From Propionibacterium freudenreichii subsp. freudenreichii (GTDB lineage Bacteria; Actinomycetota; Actinomycetes; Propionibacteriales; Propionibacteriaceae): a stretch of 32,000 nt of DNA. Both the position numbers and the translations under genes were made by a program. The stretch is taken from NCBI RefSeq assembly GCF_000940845.1, contig NZ_CP010341.1, positions 660,001-692,000 on the forward strand, given 5' to 3'. The notes under the pieces were generated by a model that had not been told where the DNA came from, made no database searches, and saw only the letters and a program-made list of their open reading frames with translations. Shown here in pieces: positions 1-10,647 of this stretch (position 1 is its first letter; each line of letters begins with the position of its first letter).

Positions 1-903
1 AAAGGCGGCCACCGCCACCACGCCATGGATGTCGTTCTTCGCGATGGTGGTGACGAAATAGTCACCCATGCCCTGCCAGCCGAAGATCTTCTCGGTGAGT
101 ACCGCGCCGGTGAAGATGCCCGGAATGGCGAACGCCACCTGGGTGGCCACCGGAATGATCGAGGTGCGCAGTGCGTGGCGGCGGATGGCCTGGGGCTTGG
201 TCAGGCCCTTCGCCCGGGCGGTGCGCACATAGTCGGCATTGATGTTGTCAAGCAACAGGGAGCGCTGCATGAAGTGATAGCTGGCGTAGTTGATGAACAA
301 CAGGCACAGGGTGGGCAGGATGAGGTGCTGCGCCTTGTCGAGCAGCACCGGGAAGAAGCCGTGCACCCCGATGCTTGCCGAGCCGGTGACGAAGAAGATG
401 CGCTGGCCGGCGGCACCGTTGATGGCGATGGCGGCGATCACGGCCACCATGGACGCCACGACGATGTGGGTGTTCATGGCCACGATCGAGAGCGCCTGGA
501 AGATGCGGTCACCCAGCTTGTACTGGCGCGAGGCAGTGTAGACGCCCACCGCGATGCCCACCGCGCAGGCCAGGATGGTGGCCCCGAGCATGAGCTGGGC
601 GGAGTTCCACACCCGGAATGCCACCTGGGTGTTGACGGCCTGGCCGTCGGGTGACATGCCCCAGTTCCAGTGCAGCAGCACGTCTTGCAGCCAGGTCCAC
701 CAACGATCGATCAACGAGACCGTGGGATCCAGGTTGTAGGGATGCAGCATCCGGTCGATCTGGTCATCGGGAATTGGGGGATTCCGTTCGAGATAGTTCG
801 CCCTTGGGTCAAGGAACAGGCTGGCGAGGAAGTAGGTGAGGTTGGTGGCCAGGAAGATCATTCCGATCCAGCCCAGCACCCGGCGCAGCAGATACTTGAT
901 CAC
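1..903 (-). CDS. ABC transporter permease, OppB/DppB (peptide/nickel) family; C-terminal end lies beyond the window start
   Basis: No stop in the window, so it is absent from the ORF track. Manual minus-strand translation from GTG at 903 reads VIKYLLRRVLGWIGMIFLATNLTYFLASLF...LLLDNINADYVRTARAKGLTKPQAIRRHALRTSIIPVATQVAFAIPGIFTGAVLTEKIFGWQGMG. The N-terminal xxYLLRR and the DYVRTARAKGL...HALR..IP EAA-loop are hallmarks of OppB/DppB-type permeases. The + strand ORFs 25-654, 290-541 etc. are antisense shadows. The start codon is uncertain (see IS finding). Confidence 0.8.
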   Translation of the reverse strand, partial: MIKYLLRRVLGWIGMIFLATNLTYFLASLFLDPRANYLERNPPIPDDQIDRMLHPYNLDPTVSLIDRWWTWLQDVLLHWNWGMSPDGQAVNTQVAFRVWNSAQLMLGATILACAVGIAVGVYTASRQYKLGDRIFQALSIVAMNTHIVVASMVAVIAAIAINGAAGQRIFFVTGSASIGVHGFFPVLLDKAQHLILPTLCLLFINYASYHFMQRSLLLDNINADYVRTARAKGLTKPQAIRRHALRTSIIPVATQVAFAIPGIFTGAVLTEKIFGWQGMGDYFVTTIAKNDIHGVVAVAAF

Positions 904-955
904 GCCGGCACCCCGCGGCCGACGCGCAGTGCGTGACTGCTCAGCAGCGTCGCTT

Positions 956-963
956 TCGGTTGC
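956..963. repeat. Target-site duplication TCGGTTGC, left copy
   Basis: An identical octamer at 2443-2450 abuts the other IS terminus. Confidence 0.85.
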
Positions 964-994
964 GTAACTGTTCAGGTGGTGGCTGGGGTCCAGG
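964..994. repeat. IS66 left terminal inverted repeat (imperfect beyond the first 12 bp)
   Basis: GTAACTGTTCAGGTGGTGGCTGGGGTCCAGG compared with the reverse complement of 2411-2442, GTAACTGTTCAGCTGGTGGGTTCGGGGGTCTG. Confidence 0.7.
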
Positions 995-2351
995 CCTGTC
1001 CGTTGAACAGGTCGACGAGGACCTGGTAGGTGTTGCAGGCCTGCTTGGTGGCGGTGGACAGGTAGGAGCGCAGCCGGAGGAAGCCCTCGGCGCCGGTCAG
1101 AGTGCGGTGGCATCCCGAGACCTTCTGATGCACCTTGACCATGCGGATCTCGCGTTCAGCGGCGTTGTTGTCGGGTGCCAGGCCCGGTGTGGTGGCGAAG
1201 CGCAGGTAGTCGTCGATCCGGGCACTGATCCGCCGGGCCAGGGCGCGGTGCTTCGCCCCGACCTTCCCGGGCACTCCCGAATCCGCACCCAGTCGTGCTG
1301 CGTCGACGATGAGACGCCGCCCGGCCTCCAGCAGTCCGGGGTCGGCCTGTCCTGCGGCGGCGTGGGGATCGCGGATCAGCGGCAGGAGGGCGTCGAGGAC
1401 CTGGCGGGCCCAGCAGAACGCCCCGGGCGGGTCGTGGGCGTCGTGGTGGTCGGCCACCGCGACCAGTTCGCGGATCAGGTGGGCGCAGCACAGTTGGTGG
1501 TCCACGTGCTCGTAGGTGTCGTAGGGGGCCCACGCGTCATGGACCAGCACACCGGTGCAGCCGGGCAGGATGCCGGCGGCATCCATCCCCGCCCGGCCCC
1601 GCCGCCGGTGCACACTGATATGCGAGTACTGACCGGTGGAGGCCGAGTGGACCCAGTGCAGCTTCCCAGCGACCCGCAGCCCGGTCTCATCGGCGTGGAC
1701 GACAGGGGATGCGGCGATCCGGCCCGCCACCTGGCCGGTGAAGGCGTCCAGGGGCTCACCGCCCGCCTGTTCGACGGCGGCGGCCACCGCCCCGGTCGAC
1801 ACGGGCATCCCCAGCAGGTCGGCCATGGTCACCGCGACCCGCCTGATCGGTATGTACTGGCCGGCGGCCAGGTAGACCATCGCCGCACGGGCCGCCGGCC
1901 CGTAGGAGACCGGCGCGGCCACCCCGGCCGGAGCCGTCCCCGCCGTCAGGTGCCCGCAGGCGCACCGGCGGGTGAGGATCTGGTGCTCGGTCACCACCGC
2001 GCGCACCTGGGGCAGGTCGACCACCTGCCGGGCCACCACACCCACGTCGCAGCACTCGTCCAGGACCCCGCCGCAGGCCGGGCACCGGTCCGGGGCGTGG
2101 GTCACGATGTGATCGGGATGATCGACCTGGCGCAGGGCCGCACCCGGATGGCCGGGCTGGCCGCCCGGGTGCCGTTCTGAGGGGCGCCGCAAGGATTTCG
2201 GGGCCGGCTTGGCCAACCCGTCTGCCGAGGGTGGCTTCGACGAGTTGCGCGAGGTCGACCCGAGTTGGCGTTCCAACTCAGCGATCTGGGCCGCCTGGGC
2301 GGCCACCAGCCCGACCAGCTCGTCATAGGTGGGTTTACGCGACCGCGGCAT
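972..2351 (-). CDS. IS66-family transposase (TnpC-like), 459 aa
   Basis: ORF 972-2405, with the start trimmed to ATG 2351 (MPRSRKPTYDEL). It has an N-terminal coiled-coil-like AAQAAQIAELERQL, Cys pairs DRCPACGG and RRCACGH, and HADETGLRV, HWVH, CCAHLIRE and DNNAAEREIR motifs typical of IS66 TnpC. Confidence 0.88.
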   Translation of the reverse strand: MPRSRKPTYDELVGLVAAQAAQIAELERQLGSTSRNSSKPPSADGLAKPAPKSLRRPSERHPGGQPGHPGAALRQVDHPDHIVTHAPDRCPACGGVLDECCDVGVVARQVVDLPQVRAVVTEHQILTRRCACGHLTAGTAPAGVAAPVSYGPAARAAMVYLAAGQYIPIRRVAVTMADLLGMPVSTGAVAAAVEQAGGEPLDAFTGQVAGRIAASPVVHADETGLRVAGKLHWVHSASTGQYSHISVHRRRGRAGMDAAGILPGCTGVLVHDAWAPYDTYEHVDHQLCCAHLIRELVAVADHHDAHDPPGAFCWARQVLDALLPLIRDPHAAAGQADPGLLEAGRRLIVDAARLGADSGVPGKVGAKHRALARRISARIDDYLRFATTPGLAPDNNAAEREIRMVKVHQKVSGCHRTLTGAEGFLRLRSYLSTATKQACNTYQVLVDLFNGQAWTPATT

Positions 2352-2410
2352 GCCCCGAATACTCCACCTCCAGCCCCCGGACCAGCGACGCGACACGCCG
2401 CACACCCCGC

Positions 2411-2442
2411 CAGACCCCCGAACCCACCAGCTGAACAGTTAC
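2411..2442. repeat. IS66 right terminal inverted repeat
   Basis: See left IR; the terminal 12 bp are a perfect inverted match. Confidence 0.7.
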
Positions 2443-2450
2443 TCGGTTGC
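2443..2450. repeat. Target-site duplication TCGGTTGC, right copy
   Basis: Identical to 956-963. Confidence 0.85.
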
Positions 2451-2779
2451 ATTGTCTGCCAACCCCCTTGTAGGCGTCATGACATTCTGGGACGCCGCTG
2501 TGGCCTCTTGTACCGGATGCGCACCGTCATGGGACGCTGTGCGCACAACCACTGTTGTGGCCGGCTCGCGCTGACAACTTACTGATAAAACGCCGCGTCC
2601 GGCAAGGCTCGATGCGGTACGGCGACGCTTCCGCAAGTTTGTAGCACCTCCTCTGGGAGGATGTGCGCGCGGGGTTTGGCTAGGCCAGACCCCCCTTGGG
2701 CGTTAGCATGACAGGGTTGCCCGTGCGCTTGCGTGTGCCCGCGGCGCCAACAGCATGGCCATCAACAGAGAGTGCAGAT

Positions 2780-4089
<1,310 letters not shown>

Positions 4090-4093
<4 letters not shown>

Positions 4094-4665
4094 GACTGCT
4101 CATCATGGGCGCCCCCGGCGCCGGCAAGGGCACGCAGGCAGTGGGCATCGCCAAGCACTACGGTGTGCCAGCGATCTCAACCGGAGACATGTTCCGCGAC
4201 AATGTGAAGAATGGCACCCCGCTGGGCAAGCAGGTGGACGCCATCATGAAGGCCGGCGACTTCGTGCCCGACGAGCTCACCGAGCAGATCGTGGCGGATC
4301 GACTTGACCAGCCGGACGCCCAGGGTGGCTTCCTGCTCGACGGCTTTCCGCGCACCATGCACCAGGTGGACGCGCTGGATGACTACCTCGACAAGCATGG
4401 GCACTCCCTCGACGCGGTGATCAGCCTGGACGTCGATCCCGAGGACCTCATCGCGCGCCTGCTCAAGCGGGCCGAGCTCGAGGGTCGCGCCGACGACAAT
4501 GAGGAGACCATCCGGCACCGCATGGAGGTCTACACCTCCAGCACTGCGCCCCTGCTCGACGCCTACAAGTCACGCGGCCTGCTCGTGGCCGTCGATGGCA
4601 ACGGCACGGTCGACGAGGTGGGCGCCCGGATCGCCGCCGCCGTCGATGCCAAGGTCGGGCGTTGA
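4090..4665 (+). CDS. adk: Adenylate kinase (short-lid type), 191 aa
   Basis: P-loop [10 protein letters not shown], and the conserved secY-adk-map order. Confidence 0.95.
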
Positions 4666-5507
4666 GCCCGTTGCACGTGGAACGCATTGAGGTCAAGAGC
4701 CTCGACCAGATCAAGGCCATGCGCGTGGCCGGCCTGGTCGTGGCCGAGGGGCTGGCGGCGATGGGCGACGCGGTGCGTCCCGGCATCACCACCGGCGAGA
4801 TCGACCAGATCGGCCGGGACGTGCTGGCTGCGCATGGCGCCACCAGCAATTTCCTGGGCTATGGCACCGAATGGGGCCTGCCGCCCTATCCCGGGGTCGC
4901 CTGCATCAGCGTCAACGAGGTGGTGGTGCACGGCATCCCCGGAAGCCGCGTATTGCAGCCCGGCGACATCGTCTCCATTGACTACGGCGCCATCGTCAAT
5001 GGCTGGCACGGCGATGCTGCCCGCACCTTTGCCGTGGGCGAGATCGACTCCGACTCACAGCTGCTCAGCGATGTGACCCGTGAATCCATGTGGGCCGGTA
5101 TCTCCACCATCGGCACCGGACGGCGCATCGGCGACGTCTCGCACGCCGTGGAGGAGTCGATTGACTCCCACGGACGTGACTTCGGCATCATCCGCGACTA
5201 CACCGGCCATGGCATCGGTACCGCCATGCACCAGGCGCCCGATATCCCGAACTACGGCAAGGCCCACCGGGGTCCGAAGATCGGCCCCGGCATGTGCCTG
5301 TGCGTCGAGCCGATGGTCACCCTGGGCATGGATGACACGGCGGTGCTCGACGACGAGTGGACCGTGGTCACGGTTGATTCGTCGCGTGCGGCGCACTGGG
5401 AGAACACTACCGCAGTGCTTCCCAATGGACTGTGGGTGCTGACCGAGCCGGACGGGGGCCGCGCGCAGCTGGAGGCCCATGGCGCCAGCTATGCCGGCCT
5501 CGACTGA
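4662..5507 (+). CDS. map: Methionine aminopeptidase type I
   Basis: Motifs [23 protein letters not shown] and CVEPM. The start is either TTG 4662, overlapping the adk stop (TTGA), or GTG 4674. Confidence 0.92.
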   Translation: MSPLHVERIEVKSLDQIKAMRVAGLVVAEGLAAMGDAVRPGITTGEIDQIGRDVLAAHGATSNFLGYGTEWGLPPYPGVACISVNEVVVHGIPGSRVLQPGDIVSIDYGAIVNGWHGDAARTFAVGEIDSDSQLLSDVTRESMWAGISTIGTGRRIGDVSHAVEESIDSHGRDFGIIRDYTGHGIGTAMHQAPDIPNYGKAHRGPKIGPGMCLCVEPMVTLGMDDTAVLDDEWTVVTVDSSRAAHWENTTAVLPNGLWVLTEPDGGRAQLEAHGASYAGLD

Positions 5508-5532
5508 CATCCGCCTGACATAGGCTGGGCCC

Positions 5533-5919
5533 ATGAGCCAATTGCCGATCGGATCACGGCCGCCCCGCGATCCCCAACGGCCGGTGGCCGATGCCCAGCG
5601 TGACGACCTCACCCAGCGGCTCAACACCGCCTACGAGCGCGGTGACCTGTCCCTGGAGGACTATCAGGGCCTGCTCGCGCAGCTCTTCGAGGCGCACACC
5701 ACCGGCGATTTGGTGCCGGTGGTGCAGGCACTTCCCGCGCAGTACCGGGTGCCCTCGGCCCCGCAGGGGGCCGAGGTGGACACGAACCTCGCGCCCGGCG
5801 AGGTGAACCAGTCGCGCAAACGCGCCGATCTGAGCCTGCCGATGGCGAAGGTCGGCATCGGCATCGCTGCCGTACTGGCCATCATCGTGGTGGCGATCGT
5901 GATCGGCGTCGCGCTCTAG
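5533..5919 (+). CDS. DUF1707-like protein with C-terminal TM anchor, 128 aa
   Basis: N-terminal RPVADAQRDDLTQRLNTAYERGDLSLEDYQGLLAQLFEAHTTGDLVPVVQALP resembles the DUF1707 repeat (RxSDxDRExxxxxLxxAxxxGRLxxxEfxeR). The C-terminal stretch VGIGIAAVLAIIVVAIVIGVAL is hydrophobic. Confidence 0.6.
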   Translation: MSQLPIGSRPPRDPQRPVADAQRDDLTQRLNTAYERGDLSLEDYQGLLAQLFEAHTTGDLVPVVQALPAQYRVPSAPQGAEVDTNLAPGEVNQSRKRADLSLPMAKVGIGIAAVLAIIVVAIVIGVAL

Positions 5920-5949
5920 CCGGGCATCGCGCCCTGCCTGGGGGGGCGC

Positions 5950-6234
5950 TCAGACCGCGAAGATTCCGATCACCGGGTTCCACTCGAGGATCTCGCGCAC
6001 CTTGAGGATGTCCTCGGTGTGCATCGGGTCCTGGTCCAACAAGGTGGCCACTTCCTCCGCGCTGTCGGCCTCGAAGATCAGCAGGGCCCGCTGGGGCTCC
6101 AGGCCGGGGAACGGCCCCGAGGCGCGCAGCACGCCGCGCTCGGCCAGTCCGCGCAGGAACTCACGGTGTCGGGGGCGTACTGCCTCGACGTCCTTGGCGG
6201 GATCGTAGGTGTAGTTCACGGCGAAGAAAGCCAT
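5950..6234 (-). CDS. YciI-family protein, 94 aa
   Basis: Only the C-terminal part of ORF 5950-6687 looks coding. ATG 6234 is preceded by GGAGG. MAFFAVNYTYDP...RPRHREFLRGLAERGVLRASGPF is YciI-like in length and pattern. Confidence 0.7.
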   Translation of the reverse strand: MAFFAVNYTYDPAKDVEAVRPRHREFLRGLAERGVLRASGPFPGLEPQRALLIFEADSAEEVATLLDQDPMHTEDILKVREILEWNPVIGIFAV

Positions 6235-6445
6235 GGGTTGCCTCCAGCAGCTCGATGCGTGGTGGCCGTTGTCTCCAACGGCGGTGTTGGTGCCCGTCAG
6301 ACTACCGGTCTGCGCCGGCAATGGCGCAGTGAGTTGCCGGGTCGGGCACAGGCGGGGGCGCATGGCGGGACGGATCAGTGGGCAGGGCGAGCAGGGCCAT
6401 GGATGGGGCGGTGGAGGGCACCCATCAGGGGCCACGCCGGGAGAT

Positions 6446-6474
6446 TTGAGCGTGGTTGCCGGGCGACGTATAGT
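6446..6474 (+). promoter_or_regulatory. Candidate sigma-70-type promoter for infA operon: TTGAGC-17 nt-TATAGT
   Basis: -35 TTGAGC at 6446-6451, a 17-nt spacer, and -10 TATAGT at 6469-6474. It lies about 119 nt upstream of the infA ATG. Sequence match only. Confidence 0.45.
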
Positions 6475-6592
6475 GGACCGTCGGTCACTCGTGTCCGAAC
6501 GCGTTCGCGTGCTCGTAATCCCACACCGCAGTTTTCTGCTCGTGGGACACGGTACGCACTGTGCGCGACGGCGATCAAGAGATTGAGAGTTA

Positions 6593-6814
6593 ATGGCGAA
6601 GAAAGAGGGAGCCCTCGAGTTGGAGGGCACCGTGGTTGAGGCTCTGCCCAATGCGATGTTCCGCGTTGAGCTGGACAACGGCCACAAGGTGCTCTCGACG
6701 ATCAGCGGGAAGATGCGTCAGCACTACATCCGCATCCTGCCCCAGGACCGTGTGGTCGTGGAGCTGTCCCCCTACGATCTGACCCGTGGGCGCATCGTCT
6801 ACCGGCATAAGTGA
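6593..6814 (+). CDS. infA: Translation initiation factor IF-1, 73 aa
   Basis: [34 protein letters not shown]...GRIVYRHK is the canonical IF-1 sequence. Confidence 0.97.
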   Translation: MAKKEGALELEGTVVEALPNAMFRVELDNGHKVLSTISGKMRQHYIRILPQDRVVVELSPYDLTRGRIVYRHK

Positions 6815-6906
6815 TCAACGATCACGCGATCGAAGATCACGCGATTTGGCAAATACATCCATGACCAAGGGGCCTGTGCCCCGAGGTTGAGCAGAGGAGA
6901 GGCTCG

Positions 6907-7020
6907 ATGAAGGTTCGTCCGAGCGTCAAGAGGATGTGCGAGCACTGCAAGGTGATCCGTCGCCGCGGTGTCGTGCGGGTAATTTGCACCAACCCGCGCC
7001 ACAAGCAGCGTCAGGGCTGA
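6907..7020 (+). CDS. rpmJ: 50S ribosomal protein L36, 37 aa
   Basis: Below the ORF-track size cutoff. Manual translation gives [37 protein letters not shown], with the RBS GAGGAGAGG upstream. Confidence 0.95.
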   Translation: MKVRPSVKRMCEHCKVIRRRGVVRVICTNPRHKQRQG

Positions 7021-7272
7021 GCACGCGCAGTCCGTCTGGACAATTGAACAACCCGGCCGCAAGGCCGGTCCACCCGCTGGACCAATCATCCGGCGGGCGG
7101 AAACAACACAACACAACGTGAGAGCAAGGCCGCAGGAAACTAGTGGTCGAACCCCCGGGCGAAGGCCGGGGCCCGCTGCCGGTGAGTATTGCCGGGAGGC
7201 CGACGGGAACGCCTCACGCCGTACACCTTCGCAGCCGGGGGACCGGCTGAAAACCAAGAAAGGTACCGCCTG

Positions 7273-7647
7273 ATGGCACGCCTCCAAGGTGTAGACCTCC
7301 CACGCGAAAAGCGCCTGGAAGTCGCACTGACCTATATCTTCGGCATCGGGAAGACCCGAGCCGATGCAATCCTGGAAGCCACTGGAATCAGCCCCGACAT
7401 CCGCGTGAAGGACGTCACGGATGCCCAGCTGGTCGAACTGCGTGACTTCATCGACGCCAACTACGAAGTCGAAGGCGATCTGCGCCGCTCCGTGGACGCC
7501 GACATTCGACGCAAGATCGAAATCGGCACCTACCAGGGCCGTCGCCATCGCGCTGGCCTGCCCGTGCGTGGACAGCGCACCCGCACCAATGCGCGCACCC
7601 GCAAGGGCCGCAAGAAGGCCGTCGCCGGCAAGAAGAAGGCCCGCTGA
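7273..7647 (+). CDS. rpsM: 30S ribosomal protein S13, 124 aa
   Basis: ORF 7189-7647 trimmed to ATG 7273 ([26 protein letters not shown]). Confidence 0.96.
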   Translation: MARLQGVDLPREKRLEVALTYIFGIGKTRADAILEATGISPDIRVKDVTDAQLVELRDFIDANYEVEGDLRRSVDADIRRKIEIGTYQGRRHRAGLPVRGQRTRTNARTRKGRKKAVAGKKKAR

Positions 7648-7692
7648 TCCCCCGCAGGGACGCGGAACTAGGACTCCAGGAGAACAGGATTC

Positions 7693-8100
7693 ATGGCAAC
7701 AACTAGTCGTAAAGCCGCCTCGAAGACCAAGGTGCGGCGCAAGGTCAAGAAGAATGTGGTGACCGGTGAGGCCCACATCAAGAGCACGTTCAACAACACG
7801 ATCATTGCGATCTCCGATCCCAATGGCGCGGTGATTGCCTGGGCCTCCGCCGGCACCGTCGGCTTCAAGGGCTCGCGCAAGTCCACCCCGTTCGCTGCCC
7901 AGATGGCTGCCGAGGCAGCCGGACGTCGCGCGATGGATCACGGCATGAAGCGCGTTGACGTCTTCGTCAAGGGCCCCGGCTCCGGTCGCGAGACCGCGAT
8001 CCGCTCGCTGGGCGCCATCGGCCTGGAGGTCGGCACGATCTCCGACGTCACGCCCGTGCCCCACAACGGCTGCCGCCCACCCAAGCGCCGCCGCGTCTGA
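7693..8100 (+). CDS. rpsK: 30S ribosomal protein S11, 135 aa
   Basis: [30 protein letters not shown]...[12 protein letters not shown] is the canonical S11 sequence. Confidence 0.97.
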   Translation: MATTSRKAASKTKVRRKVKKNVVTGEAHIKSTFNNTIIAISDPNGAVIAWASAGTVGFKGSRKSTPFAAQMAAEAAGRRAMDHGMKRVDVFVKGPGSGRETAIRSLGAIGLEVGTISDVTPVPHNGCRPPKRRRV

Positions 8101-8130
8101 TCCGAACCGACTGAAAAGGACTGAAGAACA

Positions 8131-8736
8131 ATGGCCCGTTATACCGGCCCCATGACCAAGAAGTCCCGTCGCTTCGGGACGGACCTGGTTGGCAATGACA
8201 AGGCTTTCGAGCGTCGCCCCTATGCACCCGGTGTGCACGGTCGCGGCCGTACGAAGGATTCCGAGTACTCGCTGCAGCTCAAGGAGAAGCAGAAGGCTCG
8301 TTACGCCTACGGTGTGCTCGAGAAGCAGTTCCACCGCTACTACGAAGAGGCCTCGCGTCGTCCCGGCCGCACCGGTGACCTGCTGCTGCAGATCCTGGAA
8401 TCGCGCCTCGACAACGTCGTGTATCGCGCCGGCTTCGCCTCCACGCGTCGCCAGGCCCGCCAGATGGTGAGCCACGGTCACATCCTCGTGAATGGCAAGA
8501 AGGTGAACATCCCCAGCTTCCGCGTGACTCCGCTCGACATCATCGACGTGCGCGCCAAGAGCCAGGAGATGACCCCCTTCGTCATCGCCCGCGAGACCTT
8601 CGGCGAGCGCGACGTGCCCGGCTGGCTGACCGTCAAGCCGAACAAGATGCGCGTGCTCGTGCACCAGCTGCCCACTCGCGAACAGATCGTCCTGGACGTG
8701 AACGAGCAGGAAATCGTCGAGCTCTACTCGAGGTAG
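8131..8736 (+). CDS. rpsD: 30S ribosomal protein S4, 201 aa
   Basis: MARYTGP...KSRR, the LESRLDNVVYRAGFA S4 domain, and conserved gene order. Confidence 0.97.
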   Translation: MARYTGPMTKKSRRFGTDLVGNDKAFERRPYAPGVHGRGRTKDSEYSLQLKEKQKARYAYGVLEKQFHRYYEEASRRPGRTGDLLLQILESRLDNVVYRAGFASTRRQARQMVSHGHILVNGKKVNIPSFRVTPLDIIDVRAKSQEMTPFVIARETFGERDVPGWLTVKPNKMRVLVHQLPTREQIVLDVNEQEIVELYSR

Positions 8737-8860
8737 GTCGCTCTGGCCGGTGTCGCCCTGCGGCGCCGGCCACCGGCTGCTTCGCCGAAATATCCGGGAT
8801 CTCCCGGAACCCACCTGTCGCCTCGTCATATAGCGGTCGAGGCCGAAAGGAAACGAAAAC

Positions 8861-9880
8861 ATGCTCATTGCCCAGCGTCCGACGTTGTCGGAAGAAGTCG
8901 TCAACGACTTCCGCTCACGGTTCGTCATCGAGCCCCTGGAGCCCGGTTTCGGGTACACCCTGGGAAATTCACTGCGTCGCACCCTGCTGAGCTCCATTCC
9001 CGGAGCCTCCATCACCTCGATCAAGATCGAGGGGAACCAGCACGAGTTCAGCACCCTGCCCGGTGTTGTCGAAGACGTCACCGAGATCATCCTCAACCTC
9101 AAGGGCCTGGTGCTCTCGAGCGAAGAGGATGAGCCCGTGGCCATGTACCTGCGCAAGTCGGGTGCAGGCGAGGTGACCGCCGCCGATATCGCGGTGCCCA
9201 CCGGCGTTGAGATCTACAACCCCGACCTGCACATCGCCACCCTGGCCGATGATGGTTCCATCGAGATGGAGCTGGTCGTCGAGCGCGGCCGCGGCTATGT
9301 GTCCAGCACGCTGAACAACAACCCGGATGCAGAGATCGGCCGCATTGCCGTCGACTCGCTGTATTCGCCGGTGCTCACCGTGAGCTACAAGGTCGAGGCC
9401 ACCCGCGTGGAAACCCGCACTGACTTCGATCGCCTGATCGTCGACGTGGAGACCAAGCCGTCGATCCGTCCGCATGACGCGGTGGCGTCGGCCGGCAAGA
9501 CGCTGGTTGAGTTGTTCGGCCTGTTCCGCGAGCTCAATGTCGAGGCCGAAGGCGTCGAGATGGGCCCGAGCCCGGTTGATGAGCAGCTGGCCGCCGACAT
9601 GGCGCTGCCGGTTGAGGACCTCAACCTGTCGGTGCGCTCGTACAACTGCCTCAAGCGCGAGGGCATCCACACGGTGGGTGAACTGGTGAGCCGTTCCGAG
9701 CAGGATCTGCTCGACATCCGCAACTTCGGATCCAAGTCGATCGACGAAGTCAAGGAGAAGCTCGGCGACCTGGGCCTCACGCTGAAGGACAGCACCCCGG
9801 GCTTCGACCCGCTGGCCGCTGCCGATCGCTTTGAGGACGAGGACGACGGCGCGGACTACGCCGAAACCGAACAGTACTGA
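8861..9880 (+). CDS. rpoA: DNA-directed RNA polymerase subunit alpha, 339 aa
   Basis: N-terminal [28 protein letters not shown] and C-terminal-domain [21 protein letters not shown]. Confidence 0.97.
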   Translation: MLIAQRPTLSEEVVNDFRSRFVIEPLEPGFGYTLGNSLRRTLLSSIPGASITSIKIEGNQHEFSTLPGVVEDVTEIILNLKGLVLSSEEDEPVAMYLRKSGAGEVTAADIAVPTGVEIYNPDLHIATLADDGSIEMELVVERGRGYVSSTLNNNPDAEIGRIAVDSLYSPVLTVSYKVEATRVETRTDFDRLIVDVETKPSIRPHDAVASAGKTLVELFGLFRELNVEAEGVEMGPSPVDEQLAADMALPVEDLNLSVRSYNCLKREGIHTVGELVSRSEQDLLDIRNFGSKSIDEVKEKLGDLGLTLKDSTPGFDPLAAADRFEDEDDGADYAETEQY

Positions 9881-9923
9881 TCTGGTGCGCCCTCCGGCGC
9901 TCCCAACATTTGGAGATTAAGAC

Positions 9924-10511
9924 ATGCCAAAGCCCACAAAGGGTCCCCGTCTCGGCGGAAGCCCGTCGCATCAGCGGATCATCCTGGCCAACCTGGCCAC
10001 GCAGCTGTTCGAGCACGGCAAGATCACGACCACCCAGACGAAGGCTCGTCGGGTGCAGCCGTTCGCTGAGCAGCTGATCACCAAGGCCAAGCGCGGCGAC
10101 CTGCACTCGCGTCGCCTGGCGGCGAAGACCGTCAAGGACAAGTTCGTGCTGCACCGTCTCTTCGACGAGATCGCCCCCACGATGGCTGAGCGCGAGGGTG
10201 GCTACACGCGCGTCACCAAGATCGGCAACCGCAAGGGCGACAACGCCCCCATGGCCGTGATCGAACTGATCACCGAGAAGCCCTCTGTGAAGGCAGCTCC
10301 CAAGGCCGCCGACAAGGCTGCCGACGTGAAGGCCGACATCGAGACCAAGGCCGAGAAGAAGGCCGACAAGGCCAACGAGGCCTCCTCCGAGAAGGTTGAA
10401 GCGGTGGAGGAGAAGGCCGAGGAGGCCAAGGCCAAGAGTGCCGAGGTGAAGGAAGCCAAGAAGGCGGAGCGCACCGTTCAGGAGTCCGTGGAGAAGTCCG
10501 ACCACGAGTGA
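9924..10511 (+). CDS. rplQ: 50S ribosomal protein L17 with Lys/Ala/Glu-rich C-terminal extension, 195 aa
   Basis: [18 protein letters not shown]...[24 protein letters not shown] core, followed by about 75 aa of low-complexity KAE-rich tail. Confidence 0.95.
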   Translation: MPKPTKGPRLGGSPSHQRIILANLATQLFEHGKITTTQTKARRVQPFAEQLITKAKRGDLHSRRLAAKTVKDKFVLHRLFDEIAPTMAEREGGYTRVTKIGNRKGDNAPMAVIELITEKPSVKAAPKAADKAADVKADIETKAEKKADKANEASSEKVEAVEEKAEEAKAKSAEVKEAKKAERTVQESVEKSDHE

Positions 10512-10534
10512 GCTTGAACACCAAGCACTGAACT

Positions 10535-10576
10535 GACCCGGTCAGGGCCCCGTGCGGGGCACCGACCGGGTCTTTT
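10535..10576 (+). terminator. Rho-independent terminator after rplQ
   Basis: GACCCGGTC (10535-10543) pairs with GACCGGGTC (10564-10572). There is an inner GCCCCG/CGGGGC stem, and TTTT follows at 10573-10576. Confidence 0.75.
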
Positions 10577-10647
10577 CACGTCCCGGGCCGGGCGCCGCCG
10601 GTGGTGCCTACGTGGCGGGCCTGCGCCCGGGCGACCACAATGGGCCC

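Larger units (their letters stand above)
964..2442 (-). mobile_element. IS66-family insertion sequence (single-ORF type), apparently intact, 1479 bp
   Basis: Perfect 12-bp termini GTAACTGTTCAG (964-975) and CTGAACAGTTAC (2431-2442), with an imperfect match continuing to about 30 bp. There are 8-bp direct repeats just outside and one transposase ORF inside. 5'-GTAA termini and 8-bp duplications are the IS66-family signature. Confidence 0.85.

Noticed and set aside
2696-2779. The longest-ORF N-terminal extensions of secY. The same applies to rpsM 7189, GT4 10552, rpfB-like 13060, sodA 14002, yciI 6687, ECF-S 18040, methyltransferase 21866, truA 22800, rplM 26522 and glmM 27632.
   Set aside because: Conserved family N-termini begin at internal ATG or GTG codons, usually with an RBS or a start/stop overlap. 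The extensions run into terminators, neighbouring genes or intergenic DNA.
2451-2779. secY being preceded by a divergent permease gene rather than by rplO and the spc operon, read as evidence of rearrangement.
   Set aside because: Several Actinobacteria separate secY-adk-map from the spc operon. The intact IS target duplication argues against IS-mediated recombination here. The window does not extend far enough upstream to judge.
6799-9201. An 800-aa minus-strand ORF spanning rpmJ to rpoA. Similar long ORFs occur at 933-2180, 16397-17584, 17491-19044, 19789-20814, 21685-22749, 24551-26299, 27494-28807, 30981-31967 and 13917-14814.
   Set aside because: Each lies antisense to, or frame-shifted within, a gene with unmistakable conserved motifs. 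Their translations are Arg/Gly/Pro/Ala/His-rich low-complexity strings with no recognisable domains. They are typical stop-codon-poor shadow ORFs of high-GC DNA.
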